From assembly GCA_965198175.1 (NCBI GenBank), contig OZ240245.1, positions 1,152,001 through 1,216,000 on the forward strand: a stretch of DNA of 64,000 nucleotides, given 5' to 3'. Below the pieces are notes generated by a model. The model did no database searches and was not told the origin of the DNA. It saw only the letters and a program-made list of their open reading frames with translations. Shown piece after piece: positions 20,301 through 30,886 of this stretch. Positions within the stretch are counted from its first letter, which is position 1. The number at the start of each line of letters is the position of its first letter. Source of the stretch: Candidatus Poribacteria bacterium (GTDB lineage Bacteria > Poribacteria > WGA-4E > PCPOR2b). Made by a program: the position numbers and the translations under genes.

Positions 20301-23300
20301 GTTGCTATCAGTTGTGGTGCTTGTGGTACTCAGCGACACAGTTCCATCGTTGGGACTCACACTAAACGTCACTGCTAGCCCTACCACGGGTGGTGATTCG
20401 AAGATGGGACCAGTTAATCTCTCAACGGCTGCAAAACCGATCGTGAACTCGTCGCCGGGTTTTCCGGACAAATTATCTGAAAACGTAAATATGATTGGCG
20501 CTGACGGCGGGGGATTAACCGTTGCAGTACCGCTGGTAGATATGCTGCCAACCGTCGCAGTGATTGTGTATGAACCGGAGGCACTGTTTCCAAGTATCAC
20601 TGTAGTGGAAGCACGTCCATCACTCCCAGTTGTTGTGCTTGTAGTGCCCAGTGACGCGTTGCCATCGCCCGATATAATGCTAAACGTCACAGTTTTCCCT
20701 GACGCGGCGCTCCCGTCCTCCTGAACCTGAACTGAAAACGTCAACGAATCACCGGGATCGCCAGATCCGGGACCGCTTACCACACTTATCGATATTTCTG
20801 GCGGTGGTGGTGGGGTGTTAACCGTTGCAGTACCAGTCGTAGATTCACTGCCAACTGTCGCTGTGATTGTGTATGAACCGGACGCACTGTTCCCAAGTGT
20901 TAGAGTGATAGATGCCTGCCCGTTGCTACCGGTTGTCGCGCTTGCGGGATTCAGTGACGCGTTGCCATCGCCTGACGTAATACTAAACGTCACAGTTTTC
21001 CCTGACGCGGCGCTCCCGTCCTCCTGAACTTCAACAGTAAACGTCAATGTATCACCGGGATCGCCAGACCCCGGTCCACTTACCTCACTTATGGACAATT
21101 CCGGTGGCGGCGGGGGATTAACCGTTGCAGTTAAACTCTGAGATCGACCATCGTTGATCGTTGCTGTGACTGTGTAGGATCCGGAGGAACCGCTTCCAGT
21201 TCGTAGCATAGTCTGTGCTCGTCCGTTGCTATCAGTTGTGGTGCTTGTGGTACTCAGCGACACAGTTCCATCGTTGGGACTCACACTAAACGTCACTGCT
21301 AGCCCTACCACGGGTGGTGATTCGAAGATGGGACCAGTTAATCTCTCAACGGCTGCAAAACCGATCGTGAACTCGTCGCCGGGTTTTCCGGACAAATTAT
21401 CTGAAAACGTAAATATGATTGGCGCTGACGGCGGGGGATTAACCGTTGCAGTACCGCTGGTAGATATGCTGCCAACCGTCGCAGTGATTGTGTATGAACC
21501 GGAGGCACTGTTTCCAAGTATCACTGTAGTGGAAGCACGTCCATCACTCCCAGTTGTTGTGCTTGTAGTGCCCAGTGACGCGTTGCCATCGCCCGATATA
21601 ATGCTAAACGTCACAGTTTTCCCTGACGCGGCGCTCCCGTCCTCCTGAACCTGAACTGAAAACGTCAACGAATCACCGGGATCGCCAGATCCGGGACCGC
21701 TTACCACACTTATCGATATTTCTGGCGGTGGTGGTGGGGTGTTAACCGTTGCAGTACCAGTCGTAGATTCACTGCCAACTGTCGCTGTGATTGTGTATGA
21801 ACCGGACGCACTGTTCCCAAGTGTTAGAGTGATAGATGCCTGCCCGTTGCTACCGGTTGTCGCGCTTGCGGGATTCAGTGACGCGTTGCCATCGCCTGAC
21901 GTAATACTAAACGTCACAGTTTTCCCTGACGCGGCGCTCCCGTCCTCCTGAACTTCAACAGTAAACGTCAATGTATCACCGGGATCGCCAGACCCCGGTC
22001 CACTTACCTCACTTATGGACAATTCCGGTGGCGGCGGGGGATTAACCGTTGCAGTTAAACTCTGAGATCGACCATCGTTGATCGTTGCTGTGACTGTGTA
22101 GGATCCGGAGGAACCGCTTCCAGTTCGTAGCATAGTCTGTGCTCGTCCGTTGCTATCAGTTGTGGTGCTTGTGGTACTCAGCGACACAGTTCCATCGTTG
22201 GGACTCACACTAAACGTCACTGCTAGCCCTACCACGGGTGGTGATTCGAAGATGGGACCAGTTAATCTCTCAACGGCTGCAAAACCGATCGTGAACTCGT
22301 CGCCGGGTTTTCCGGACAAATTATCTGAAAACGTAAATATGATTGGCGCTGACGGCGGGGGATTAACCGTTGCAGTACCGCTGGTAGATATGCTGCCAAC
22401 CGTCGCAGTGATTGTGTATGAACCGGAGGCACTGTTTCCAAGTATCACTGTAGTGGAAGCACGTCCATCACTCCCAGTTGTTGTGCTTGTAGTGCCCAGT
22501 GACGCGTTGCCATCGCCCGATATAATGCTAAACGTCACAGTTTTCCCTGACGCGGCGCTCCCGTCCTCCTGAACCTGAACTGAAAACGTCAACGAATCAC
22601 CGGGATCGCCAGATCCGGGACCGCTTACCACACTTATCGATATTTCTGGCGGTGGTGGTGGGGTGTTAACCGTTGCAGTACCAGTCGTAGATTCACTGCC
22701 AACTGTCGCTGTGATTGTGTATGAACCGGACGCACTGTTCCCAAGTGTTAGAGTGATAGATGCCTGCCCGTTGCTACCGGTTGTCGCGCTTGCGGGATTC
22801 AGTGACGCGTTGCCATCGCCTGACGTAATACTAAACGTCACAGTTTTCCCTGACGCGGCGCTCCCGTCCTCCTGAACTTCAACAGTAAACGTCAATGCAT
22901 CACCGGGATCGCCAGATCCGGGACCGCTTACCACACTTATCGATATTTCTGGCGGTGGTGGTGGGGTGTTAACCGTTGCAGTACCAGTCGTAGATTCACT
23001 GCCAACTGTCGCTGTGATTGTGTATGAACCGGACGCACTGTTCCCAAGTGTTAGAGTGGTAGATGCCTGCCCGTTGCTACCGGTTGTCGCGCTTGCGGGA
23101 TTCAGTGACGCGTTGCCATCGCCTGACGTAATACTAAACGTCACAGTTTTCCCTGACGCGGCGCTCCCGTCCTCCTGAACTTCAACAGTAAACGTCAATG
23201 CATCACCGGGATCGCCAGATCCGGGACCGCTTACCACACTTATCGATATTTCTGGCGGTGTGGTACCAGGGATTCACTGTTAACCGTCCTGCTGTACTTC

Positions 23301-24274
23301 AGTCAGTAAACGTCAATGCATCACCGGTGATTGTGTATGAACCGGACGCACTGTTCCCAAGTGTTAGAGTGATAGATGCCTGCCCGTTGCTACCGGTTGT
23401 CGCGCTTGCGGGATTCAGTGACGCGTTGCCATCGCCTGACGTAATACTAAACGTCACAGTTTTCCCTGACGCGGCGCTCCCGTCCTCCTGAACTTCAACA
23501 GTAAACGTCAATGCATCACCGGGATCGCCTCGCGATTGTGTATGAACCGGACGCACCGCTTACCACACTTATCGATATTTCTGGCGGTGGTGGTGGGGTG
23601 TTAACCGTTGCAGTACCAGTCGTAGATTCACTGCCAACTGTCGCTGTGATTGTGTATGAACCGGACGCACTGTTCCCAAGTGTTAGAGTGGTAGATGCCT
23701 GCCCGTTGCTACCGGTTGTCGCGCTTGCGGGATTCAGTGACGCGTTGCCATCGCCTGACGTAATACTAAACGTCACAGTTTTCCCTGACGCGGCGCTCCC
23801 GTCCTCCTGAACTTCAACAGTAAACGTCAATGCATCACCGGGATCGCCAGACCCAGGACCACTTACCACACTTATTGATAATTCTGGCGGTGAGTTCTCA
23901 ACTGTTGCAGTTAAACTCTGAGATCGACCATCGTTGATCGACGCTGTGACTGTGTAGGAGCCGGAGGAATCGCTCCCCGTCCGCAACGTCGTACTTGCCC
24001 GTCCGTTGCTATCAGTTGTGGTGCTTGTGGTACTCAGCGACACAGTTCCATCGGCTGGACTCACACTAAACGTCACTGCTAGCCCTACCACGGGTGGCGA
24101 TTCGAAGATGGGACCGGTTAATTTCTCAACGGCTCCAAAACCAATCGTAAACTCGTCACCGGGTTTGCCGGACAAATTATCTGAAAACGTAAATATGATT
24201 TGTGCTGACGCATCCAATGGCATCAAGCCAGAAATCAAACACAACAATACGAAACCAAGCAGTTGTATTTTCAT
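17362..24274 (-). CDS. Giant secreted Big-1 (Ig-like) repeat surface protein with a C-terminal sorting/FlgD-type domain, frameshifted in this sequence
   Basis: Signal peptide MKIQLLGFVLLCLISGLMPLDASA at 24274 with an AAGGAG RBS. About 15 Ig-like domains (VTFS...TTxSNGxA...GSYTVTA) in ORF 17439..23237. C-terminal LLPNYPNPFNPETWIPY, continuing in another frame as RNENGELISSGVYFYQLQAG...RKMLILK* (stop 17362). Breaks near 17461 and at 23240-23560. Confidence 0.85.
19108..23250. repeat. Intragenic tandem repeat: about 4 copies of a 924-bp unit (308 aa, three Ig domains) plus an extra 303-bp unit
   Basis: The same landmark occurs at 19108, 20032, 20956, 21880 and 22804 (period 924) and at 23107 (period 303). 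Confidence 0.95.
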
Positions 24275-24645
24275 GGCTTTAACTCTCCTTTTATTCGTAT
24301 GATGATAAGTTCAGAATCAGTCGTAAAGGGTCTAATATGTGGCAGAATGGAATAGCAGGAACAGATTCCCGGCTCATAAGCGCCTGACACCTGCTATATG
24401 ACTGCATTTCACACTTACAATGATCCCATATTGTTCAAATAATGTCAAGCAAAAACGTACTTTTTTGACACTCCGTTTATTGTCATTATCAGTTAAAATT
24501 TGCAGTTGATTAAGTATTTAGAGCCTGCTTGGAAAATCCGACTCCATCGTTGTCGTCCAAAAGCTCTTTCTGGGTAATCGCTAGACACCTCTATCCAAAT
24601 GCCCCCTTCATCTATCCATGATTTCAAGCTCTCTTTCTCTTAGCT

Positions 24646-26670
24646 TTAGAATTTGATTGACAATTCACCTAAGAACTGTTTTCTCTGATTTCGTGTGGCG
24701 AAGACTTCGTAGAGATCTCCTGAGACATCAAAGTAGCGGCGAGTATAATTGCGGCTTATATCAGCGGGATTGAGATCCGAGTATTCAAGCCACAGATTCA
24801 TCTTTGACAAGATATCCCAATTTAGTCCGACAGCTAATGAACCGGCATCGCCCTCATCTTCCTGACGTTGCCGATTCAGGTCTTGGTAGATTGCGTTTCT
24901 GCCGAGTTCTGTTGTGCCGTCAACCCGTTCGGCATATAGATTCAGTTCCCGGTACCGGTAGGGATTCGGATTTGTGATAAACTTCAGGTTAGCAGCGAAA
25001 GCATTGGTTAACGCCTTCGTATCCAGGTCATAACTATCCTCGCGTTTGGGAGGGGTCATGTAACGTTCGTCTTGCTCCCCGTAGCTGAGGGTGTCGACCA
25101 GCATCAGATTCCACCGTTCCGAGAGCGCATAAGTCCAGAAAAAGGTGTTATCCATTCGCAACTGATTGAACTGATCCACGACATCCGCATGTTCGTCGAT
25201 ATCTTCGTAGTCTTCGAGAAACTCACTGTCGATGTTGCTTGTTCTGGTGTTGTATAGCGCGTTCATGTGCGATGGCTTAATCGTGAACCCGGTGATAGCG
25301 TATTGATGGATAGTCAAATCGCTCTCGTCGCGGAGGTAGATGCGACCCAAGGAATCCAAAGCGAGGAAGGCGACATCGCGATCTGTCTCACTTTGCTTAT
25401 CGACCTCATAGATTACGCGGTCTTTGTATCTACCACTGCTGTCAAATTTCTGGACTCTCGCGATGACGTTGTGATAGATAGTTGCTCGAACTGCTGCCGC
25501 TTTGAGATCCTCATCCTCCTCTTTTTTGTTCTCATCTTTGTCGTCTTCTTCATCGAAATATTCGCTGAAATACCGCCTGTATTCCGCCTCCTCCAGAAGA
25601 CGGATTCGCCGCTGTAAAATATCCAAATCGCTTTGACCCGGGATGTTTTGACCAAGTATGGTAGGTCTATTCCGAGCGGTCTCCAAAACGGTGTCGGCAA
25701 TTCCAATGCCTGAAGGAGAGATTAAGGTCAACAGACCACCGGCTGGCAAACCACCCAGATGACGCTTAAATTGGCTGGCATCCTTGACAAGAATTTCGCC
25801 GGACCCCAATGCGGCGATTGCAATGGGTTTGGTGAATTCACCGCCGCTGCGCCCTTTTGTACCAAAGCTCAACACAAATTGCCCTTCTGGGTTAAACTTG
25901 ACCACGCGGTGGTTGCCGGTATCTGCAATCAACACATTCCCTTCGCTATCGATCTCAATGTCTGAGGCGTCGCTGTCGAGTTCACCGTTACCGGCGCCGT
26001 AACGTGCGAACGCCGTTAATTTCTCTCCGTCAGCGCCAAACTTATGGACCGTCGATTTCTTCTGATCCAGCACGTAGAGTTGGTTCTGGCGATTGACATC
26101 GACAAGCAATTTACGATCATGCAATTTTGGCTGGATGCCAAAGGCGGATTTGCCTTCTTCATCAATCATTAGGTGCGCGGGTAAAACCTGCTTTGGGCGT
26201 ACATCAACAGGGTCAACGAAATAGGTGTGCATCAACTCACCGCTTGGGCTGAGCTTGTAGACACACGGCGCAAATATGTAGATTTTGGGATTGTCTGTTT
26301 CCTTGATGTGGTGCGCTGTGCTATCAGCGACGTAGATGTTACCATCTCCATCTACTGCGATGTCGCCCGGCTTTTTCAGAATATTTTCCAGTGACTTGGG
26401 ATCCTTAGGGATTTGCATCAAAAACTCGCCTTTCGATGACAGTTGCTGTACCAGCCTGTTATCAGCATCACTCACATGGATGTTTCCTTCAGCGTCGAAT
26501 GCGATATTGACGTTTTTGCTGAATGCTCCGTTTGTGCTTCCTTTTCCACCGAACTCACGCTCAAATTTCAGAAAACTGACCCCAAATGCAAGTCCGGTTC
26601 CCCATGCGAGAATCACACAAGCAATGGTCAAAAGGGCAATTGGTACTTTCATAGCTTCAATTCTCCTCAT
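24646..26670 (-). CDS. Secreted NHL-repeat beta-propeller protein with a putative C-terminal beta-barrel
   Basis: Signal peptide; NHL repeats (PGDIAVDGDGNIYVADS, IDSEGNVLIADTGNHRVVKF); beta-strand-rich C-terminus ending QFLGELSIKF. Confidence 0.8.
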   Translation of the reverse strand: MRRIEAMKVPIALLTIACVILAWGTGLAFGVSFLKFEREFGGKGSTNGAFSKNVNIAFDAEGNIHVSDADNRLVQQLSSKGEFLMQIPKDPKSLENILKKPGDIAVDGDGNIYVADSTAHHIKETDNPKIYIFAPCVYKLSPSGELMHTYFVDPVDVRPKQVLPAHLMIDEEGKSAFGIQPKLHDRKLLVDVNRQNQLYVLDQKKSTVHKFGADGEKLTAFARYGAGNGELDSDASDIEIDSEGNVLIADTGNHRVVKFNPEGQFVLSFGTKGRSGGEFTKPIAIAALGSGEILVKDASQFKRHLGGLPAGGLLTLISPSGIGIADTVLETARNRPTILGQNIPGQSDLDILQRRIRLLEEAEYRRYFSEYFDEEDDKDENKKEEDEDLKAAAVRATIYHNVIARVQKFDSSGRYKDRVIYEVDKQSETDRDVAFLALDSLGRIYLRDESDLTIHQYAITGFTIKPSHMNALYNTRTSNIDSEFLEDYEDIDEHADVVDQFNQLRMDNTFFWTYALSERWNLMLVDTLSYGEQDERYMTPPKREDSYDLDTKALTNAFAANLKFITNPNPYRYRELNLYAERVDGTTELGRNAIYQDLNRQRQEDEGDAGSLAVGLNWDILSKMNLWLEYSDLNPADISRNYTRRYFDVSGDLYEVFATRNQRKQFLGELSIKF

Positions 26671-26712
26671 TTTTTCTTGGCTTTGACGCGCCTCTCCCGA
26701 TTTGTTACCCTC

Positions 26713-26741
26713 ATCTTAGCACGAGCTGACCAAAAAATCAA
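26713..26741 (-). promoter_or_regulatory. Putative sigma70 promoter for the NHL gene
   Basis: TTGATT-17 bp-TAAGAT with an extended TG. Confidence 0.5.
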
Positions 26742-26907
26742 GCTCGTTAAGATGGTTCTAGTTCTTACTGTTCGGGAAGCGGATGGTTTGCAATAAAGTG
26801 CTTGCCTTTCCATTGTAAAATGAGTTATGTTTCGGGTTTGGGTTCATTCACAGAGGGATTGCCAAACACGGGTGTTGAGCTGTAGGAAGTTAGCGAGCGA
26901 TAGTTAC

Positions 26908-27082
26908 TGCAACCAAAATTACAAATATTAATCCGATCAAAAAGGGGTTTCAACCCCCAAAACTAGTGAAGACTATCGCACTTGCTATTCGCTCGCTTGA
27001 TCACTCCGCTGGAGTGCAAGACATTATTGCCTATGTGTGGGTAATGCGGTTAGAAGGATTTCGCTCCAGCGGAGCGGTATGT
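26908..27082. repeat. Third repeat mosaic, homologous to 8918-9120
   Basis: TGCAAC.AAAATTACA.ATATTAATCCGAT block, a 31-bp unit at 26972-27002, and CGCTCCAGCGGAGCGGTATGT (exact reverse complement of 9048-9068). Confidence 0.75.
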
Positions 27083-27129
27083 TGCTTTCGATATGGTGAA
27101 ACACATTGACGTGAACGGAAAGAATTTCA

Positions 27130-27158
27130 TTGACAACATCATAAAATCTTGTTAAGAT
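27130..27158 (+). promoter_or_regulatory. Sigma70-type promoter for the sdh cluster
   Basis: TTGACA-17 bp-TAAGAT with an extended TG. Confidence 0.7.
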
Positions 27159-27263
27159 AAGATCTATCAATCAGCAGTGCAACCCCCCTATCCCCCCTTG
27201 TCAAGCGGGAAAGCCGTTTCACTGCATTTGAGATAGAATAAGAAAGGAAACCGAGGGAGATTT

Positions 27264-28967
27264 ATGATTGAACACGAAGTGCTTGTTATTGGCGGCGGTT
27301 TGGCGGGAATGAGCGCCGCGTTGCATGCGAGGCAGGCTGGCGCAGACGTAGCGATGATGTCTAAAGTTTACCCAACACGCTCGCACTCGGCTGCAGCGCA
27401 GGGCGGCATCAACGCGGCACTTGGTGTTGCAGACTCGTGGGAGGTTCACGCCTACGAAACCGTCAAGGGCAGCGACTTCTTAGGCGATCAGGACGCCATT
27501 GAAATTCTGTGTAGCGAAGGTATTCAGGATATATTCACCCTTGAACATTACGGGGTCATCTTTGACCGCGACGAGGAAGGGCGCATCCACATGCGCGGGT
27601 TTGGCGGTACGGACAAGAGCCGTACTTGTCACGTCGGCGATATGACCGGGCAGACTATTCTGCACGTCATGTATGAACAACTGCTTCGGATGGATGTCAA
27701 ATCCTATGATGAGTGGTTTGTGACCACGCTGCTCATGGAAGATGGTGCGTGCTGCGGCGCAGTGGCGATGGAAATCGTTAGCGGGAAACTGGAGGTCTTT
27801 AAAGCAAAAGCGGTTATCCTGTGCACAGGTGGATGCGGCCGTGTTTATGAGCCGAGTACCAATGGGCTCATCGTGACAGGCGACGGGCTAGCTTTAGCTT
27901 ACCGGGTCGGCGCGCTAATCATGGATATGGAGATGGTTCAATATCACCCGACAACTCTGCCTGCCAACGGCTTTCTCATCACCGAGGGCGCGCGTGGGGA
28001 GGGCGCGTATCTACTGAACGCCGACGGCGATCGATTTATGCAGGATCCGGAATATCAAGCAACAACGCTGGTGGAGAAAGCTTCACGCGATGTTGTTTCA
28101 CGCGCGGAAACAATTGAAATCCAAGAAGGACGCGGGGTGGACGGCTGTGTGCTACTGGATTGCCGACATATCAAGGACCGCATCTTGGAGGCATTCCATC
28201 AGATTTACGAACTAGCACAGGATTACGCTGACGTCGATATCACGCGAGAGCCGCTGCCCATTCGACCGGGAATGCACTACATTATGGGCGGCATTAAGAC
28301 CGACGTGGACGGGCGATGTTATCGACACAATGGCGATGGCGCAGAGGCGCTACCGGGATTGTATGCTGCCGGTGAAGCAGCCTGTGTTTCGGCGCACGGC
28401 GCGAATCGGTTGGGCGGCAACAGCCTGCTAGATTGCGTCGCATTCGGGCGGCGAGCCGGGGCACATGCGGCGGAATACGCAAAGAGCATTAATCCTGCAA
28501 ATGTGTCAGAACAGGTTGTGCAGATTGAAGAGCAGAAAATTGTTGACGTCTTTGCCCGTTCAACGAACCTGCGGGCGCCAGCGTTAAGGCTAGAGATGGG
28601 CGAGATTATGCATCAGTTCACCGGCGTGTTTCGCGACGAAGAGGGTTTGCTTGAAGCGCAACGCCGAATCCGTCAAGTTCGTGATCGTTACGCCGAAGTC
28701 TCCGTCCACGACAAAGGGCGTGTGTTCAATACCGATTTGTTAGGGGTCTTAGAGTTAGATTACATGCTCGACTGCGCAGAAACAATCATCGTTAGTGCGC
28801 TTGCCCGCAAGGAGAGCCGCGGCGCTCATACGCGGACAGACTTTCCTGAACGTGATGATGAAAACTGGATTAAACACGTGGTTGTGTACGAAACACCCGA
28901 CGGTCCCGCAATTGATTATTTGCCAGTGACGATTACCCAATGGCAGCCGGAGACGCGGAAGTATTAA
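27264..28967 (+). CDS. sdhA: Succinate dehydrogenase/fumarate reductase flavoprotein subunit
   Basis: GGGLAG, RSHSAAAQGG (covalent FAD His), QYHPT, ITEGARGEG, HYIMGG, HGANRLGGNSL, RKESRGAH. Confidence 0.96.
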   Translation: MIEHEVLVIGGGLAGMSAALHARQAGADVAMMSKVYPTRSHSAAAQGGINAALGVADSWEVHAYETVKGSDFLGDQDAIEILCSEGIQDIFTLEHYGVIFDRDEEGRIHMRGFGGTDKSRTCHVGDMTGQTILHVMYEQLLRMDVKSYDEWFVTTLLMEDGACCGAVAMEIVSGKLEVFKAKAVILCTGGCGRVYEPSTNGLIVTGDGLALAYRVGALIMDMEMVQYHPTTLPANGFLITEGARGEGAYLLNADGDRFMQDPEYQATTLVEKASRDVVSRAETIEIQEGRGVDGCVLLDCRHIKDRILEAFHQIYELAQDYADVDITREPLPIRPGMHYIMGGIKTDVDGRCYRHNGDGAEALPGLYAAGEAACVSAHGANRLGGNSLLDCVAFGRRAGAHAAEYAKSINPANVSEQVVQIEEQKIVDVFARSTNLRAPALRLEMGEIMHQFTGVFRDEEGLLEAQRRIRQVRDRYAEVSVHDKGRVFNTDLLGVLELDYMLDCAETIIVSALARKESRGAHTRTDFPERDDENWIKHVVVYETPDGPAIDYLPVTITQWQPETRKY

Positions 28968-29072
28968 GGACTGATACAAGATTACAGTGCCGAGTGACTA
29001 GTGGTCAGTTAAAAGCACTTGTCTTAACTAGCGACTCGCCACTAGCTACTTGTGTTCCTAAGGAGATGATGA

Positions 29073-30038
29073 ATGATACAAGCGAATCTAAAAGTCTACC
29101 GTTACGATCCGCAAAAGGACCAAGAACCGCATTATGACACCTATCAAGTGGACGGTTTACCCGACTTTTCCACGGTATTAGACGCACTCATCAAGGTGCG
29201 TGAGGAGATAGATGGCACATTGGCGATGCGATGTTCGTGCCGCAGCGCTGTCTGCGGTTCGTGCGCCTTCCGGGTAAATGGACACGCAAAGTTGGGGTGT
29301 AAAACTGCGCTCTCGAAGCTTGCCCCTAACGGTGAAGAGGTTTGTGTGGAGCCGATGGGCAATATGAAGGTAGTCAAAGATCTCGTGACCGATATGGAAA
29401 TGTTCTGGGATAAGATACGGCAGGTCAATCCGTGGATTGAGACGGCGGGCGAACCGCCCGAACGTGAGTATCAGGTTCCACACAGCAAGATGGTCGAACT
29501 ACAGCAACCGATGAACTGCATTATGTGCGGTGCGTGTGTGAGTGATTGCACCGTGCTGGAAGAGACCTCAAAATTCTTGGCACCTGCAGCGCTAGCGAAG
29601 GCGTACCGTGTCGTTGGCGATCCGCGTCACGCGAAAACCCGTGAGTGGCTAACGGATTTGAGCGAGGAGGGAGGTATATGGGATTGTACACGATGTGTGG
29701 AGTGTGTGCAGGTCTGTCCGAAGAGCGTTGCGCCGATGGATCTGATTGTCAAACTACGCGAATTGGCGATTGATGCAGGCTTAACCAACAACGTGGGCGC
29801 GAAGCACGTCCTGCACTTTACCGAAAGCGTAGCGCACAGCGGGGTGCTTGATGAACGCACCTTGCCGATTAAAGCAGCGGGAATCGGTTGGGCTTTTCGG
29901 AACGCAGGAATCGCAATCAAAGCAACCCTGAAGGGAAAAATTAAACCCCTCTTGCCTGGCACCCACCCATCGGTGACGGAGGTCCAAGATGTCCGCCGCA
30001 TCCATGAGGAGTTAGAAGCGAAGAAGGGGACAGAGTAG
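29073..30038 (+). CDS. sdhB: SDH/FRD iron-sulfur subunit, type E-like (extra Cys, C-terminal extension)
   Basis: SCRSAVCGSC...C; CIMCGACVSDC; CTRCVECVQVCP (four Cys, so a second 4Fe-4S cluster). Confidence 0.92.
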   Translation: MIQANLKVYRYDPQKDQEPHYDTYQVDGLPDFSTVLDALIKVREEIDGTLAMRCSCRSAVCGSCAFRVNGHAKLGCKTALSKLAPNGEEVCVEPMGNMKVVKDLVTDMEMFWDKIRQVNPWIETAGEPPEREYQVPHSKMVELQQPMNCIMCGACVSDCTVLEETSKFLAPAALAKAYRVVGDPRHAKTREWLTDLSEEGGIWDCTRCVECVQVCPKSVAPMDLIVKLRELAIDAGLTNNVGAKHVLHFTESVAHSGVLDERTLPIKAAGIGWAFRNAGIAIKATLKGKIKPLLPGTHPSVTEVQDVRRIHEELEAKKGTE

Positions 30039-30169
30039 GGACCCCGCAGGGGAATGCTCTCCTTTTGGGCGAAGCGCGCTATAACCATACCTGCTGAATT
30101 TCTTCGCTACATTCAAAATGTTAGTTGATGAAACAATATTGATTGTGAACTGTGAATTAGTTTAAAGTT

Positions 30170-30886
30170 ATGTCTCGATTTTCTTCTATTGTTTGGTCCT
30201 CGGTTGGGAAAAAATTTCTAACAGGTATAACAGGTTTAGTATTATGTGTGTTCATTCTTGAACATTTGTCGGGCAACCTCTTACTCCTTTACAACGATTC
30301 CGAACCTTTTAATCGTTACGCGCATTGGTTACACAGCGTCGGTGAACTCCTCATAGTTATTGAGCTTGGATTCGTCGCAATTTTCGTGATCCATATCATC
30401 ATGGGGATATCGGTCGCAGTTCGCAAAACGGAGGCTCGCCCACGTGCGATGCGCTATTTCAAAACCGCTCGGGCAGGACACCCTAGCCGAAAGTCTCTGA
30501 GTTCTGTGAGCATGATTCTTACAGGATTGGTTTTATTGGTCTTTGTAATCATTCACCTCAAAATGTTCAAGTTTGGTCCTGGCGTGGAAGCAGCGTATGT
30601 TGACGCACACCTCACAGAAGTTCATGGGGAAAAGGTTAGGGATTTATACAAATTGGTGGAAGAGGAGTTCAGTAACATTTGGACCGTCATCGGATACGTT
30701 GCGGTGATGCTGCTGCTTGGCTTGCACCTTAGACACGGATTCTGGAGCGCCTTTCAATCCCTCGGCATCGGTTACCCACGCTACACACCATTTATCTACT
30801 CAGTAGGAATCGTATTTGCTGTCGTCATGGCGGTGGGATTTTTATTGCTTCCGATTCTGATCTATTTTAGGGGAGTTGCGTCTTGA
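30170..30886 (+). CDS. sdhC: Succinate dehydrogenase cytochrome b subunit (type B, b558 family, 5 TM)
   Basis: SSVGKK...TGL...HLSGN, and heme-ligand His in IHI, IHL and LHLRHGFWSAFQSLG. Confidence 0.9.
   Translation: MSRFSSIVWSSVGKKFLTGITGLVLCVFILEHLSGNLLLLYNDSEPFNRYAHWLHSVGELLIVIELGFVAIFVIHIIMGISVAVRKTEARPRAMRYFKTARAGHPSRKSLSSVSMILTGLVLLVFVIIHLKMFKFGPGVEAAYVDAHLTEVHGEKVRDLYKLVEEEFSNIWTVIGYVAVMLLLGLHLRHGFWSAFQSLGIGYPRYTPFIYSVGIVFAVVMAVGFLLLPILIYFRGVAS

Noticed and set aside
19108..23250. Diversity-generating retroelement template/variable repeats
   Set aside because: Differences between copies are few, synonymous and not adenine-specific, and there is no reverse transcriptase in the window.
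19378..24302. Repeated plus-strand 140-aa and 70-aa ORFs
   Set aside because: Antisense shadows of the Ser/Thr/Gly-rich Ig repeats; they recur only because the repeat recurs.
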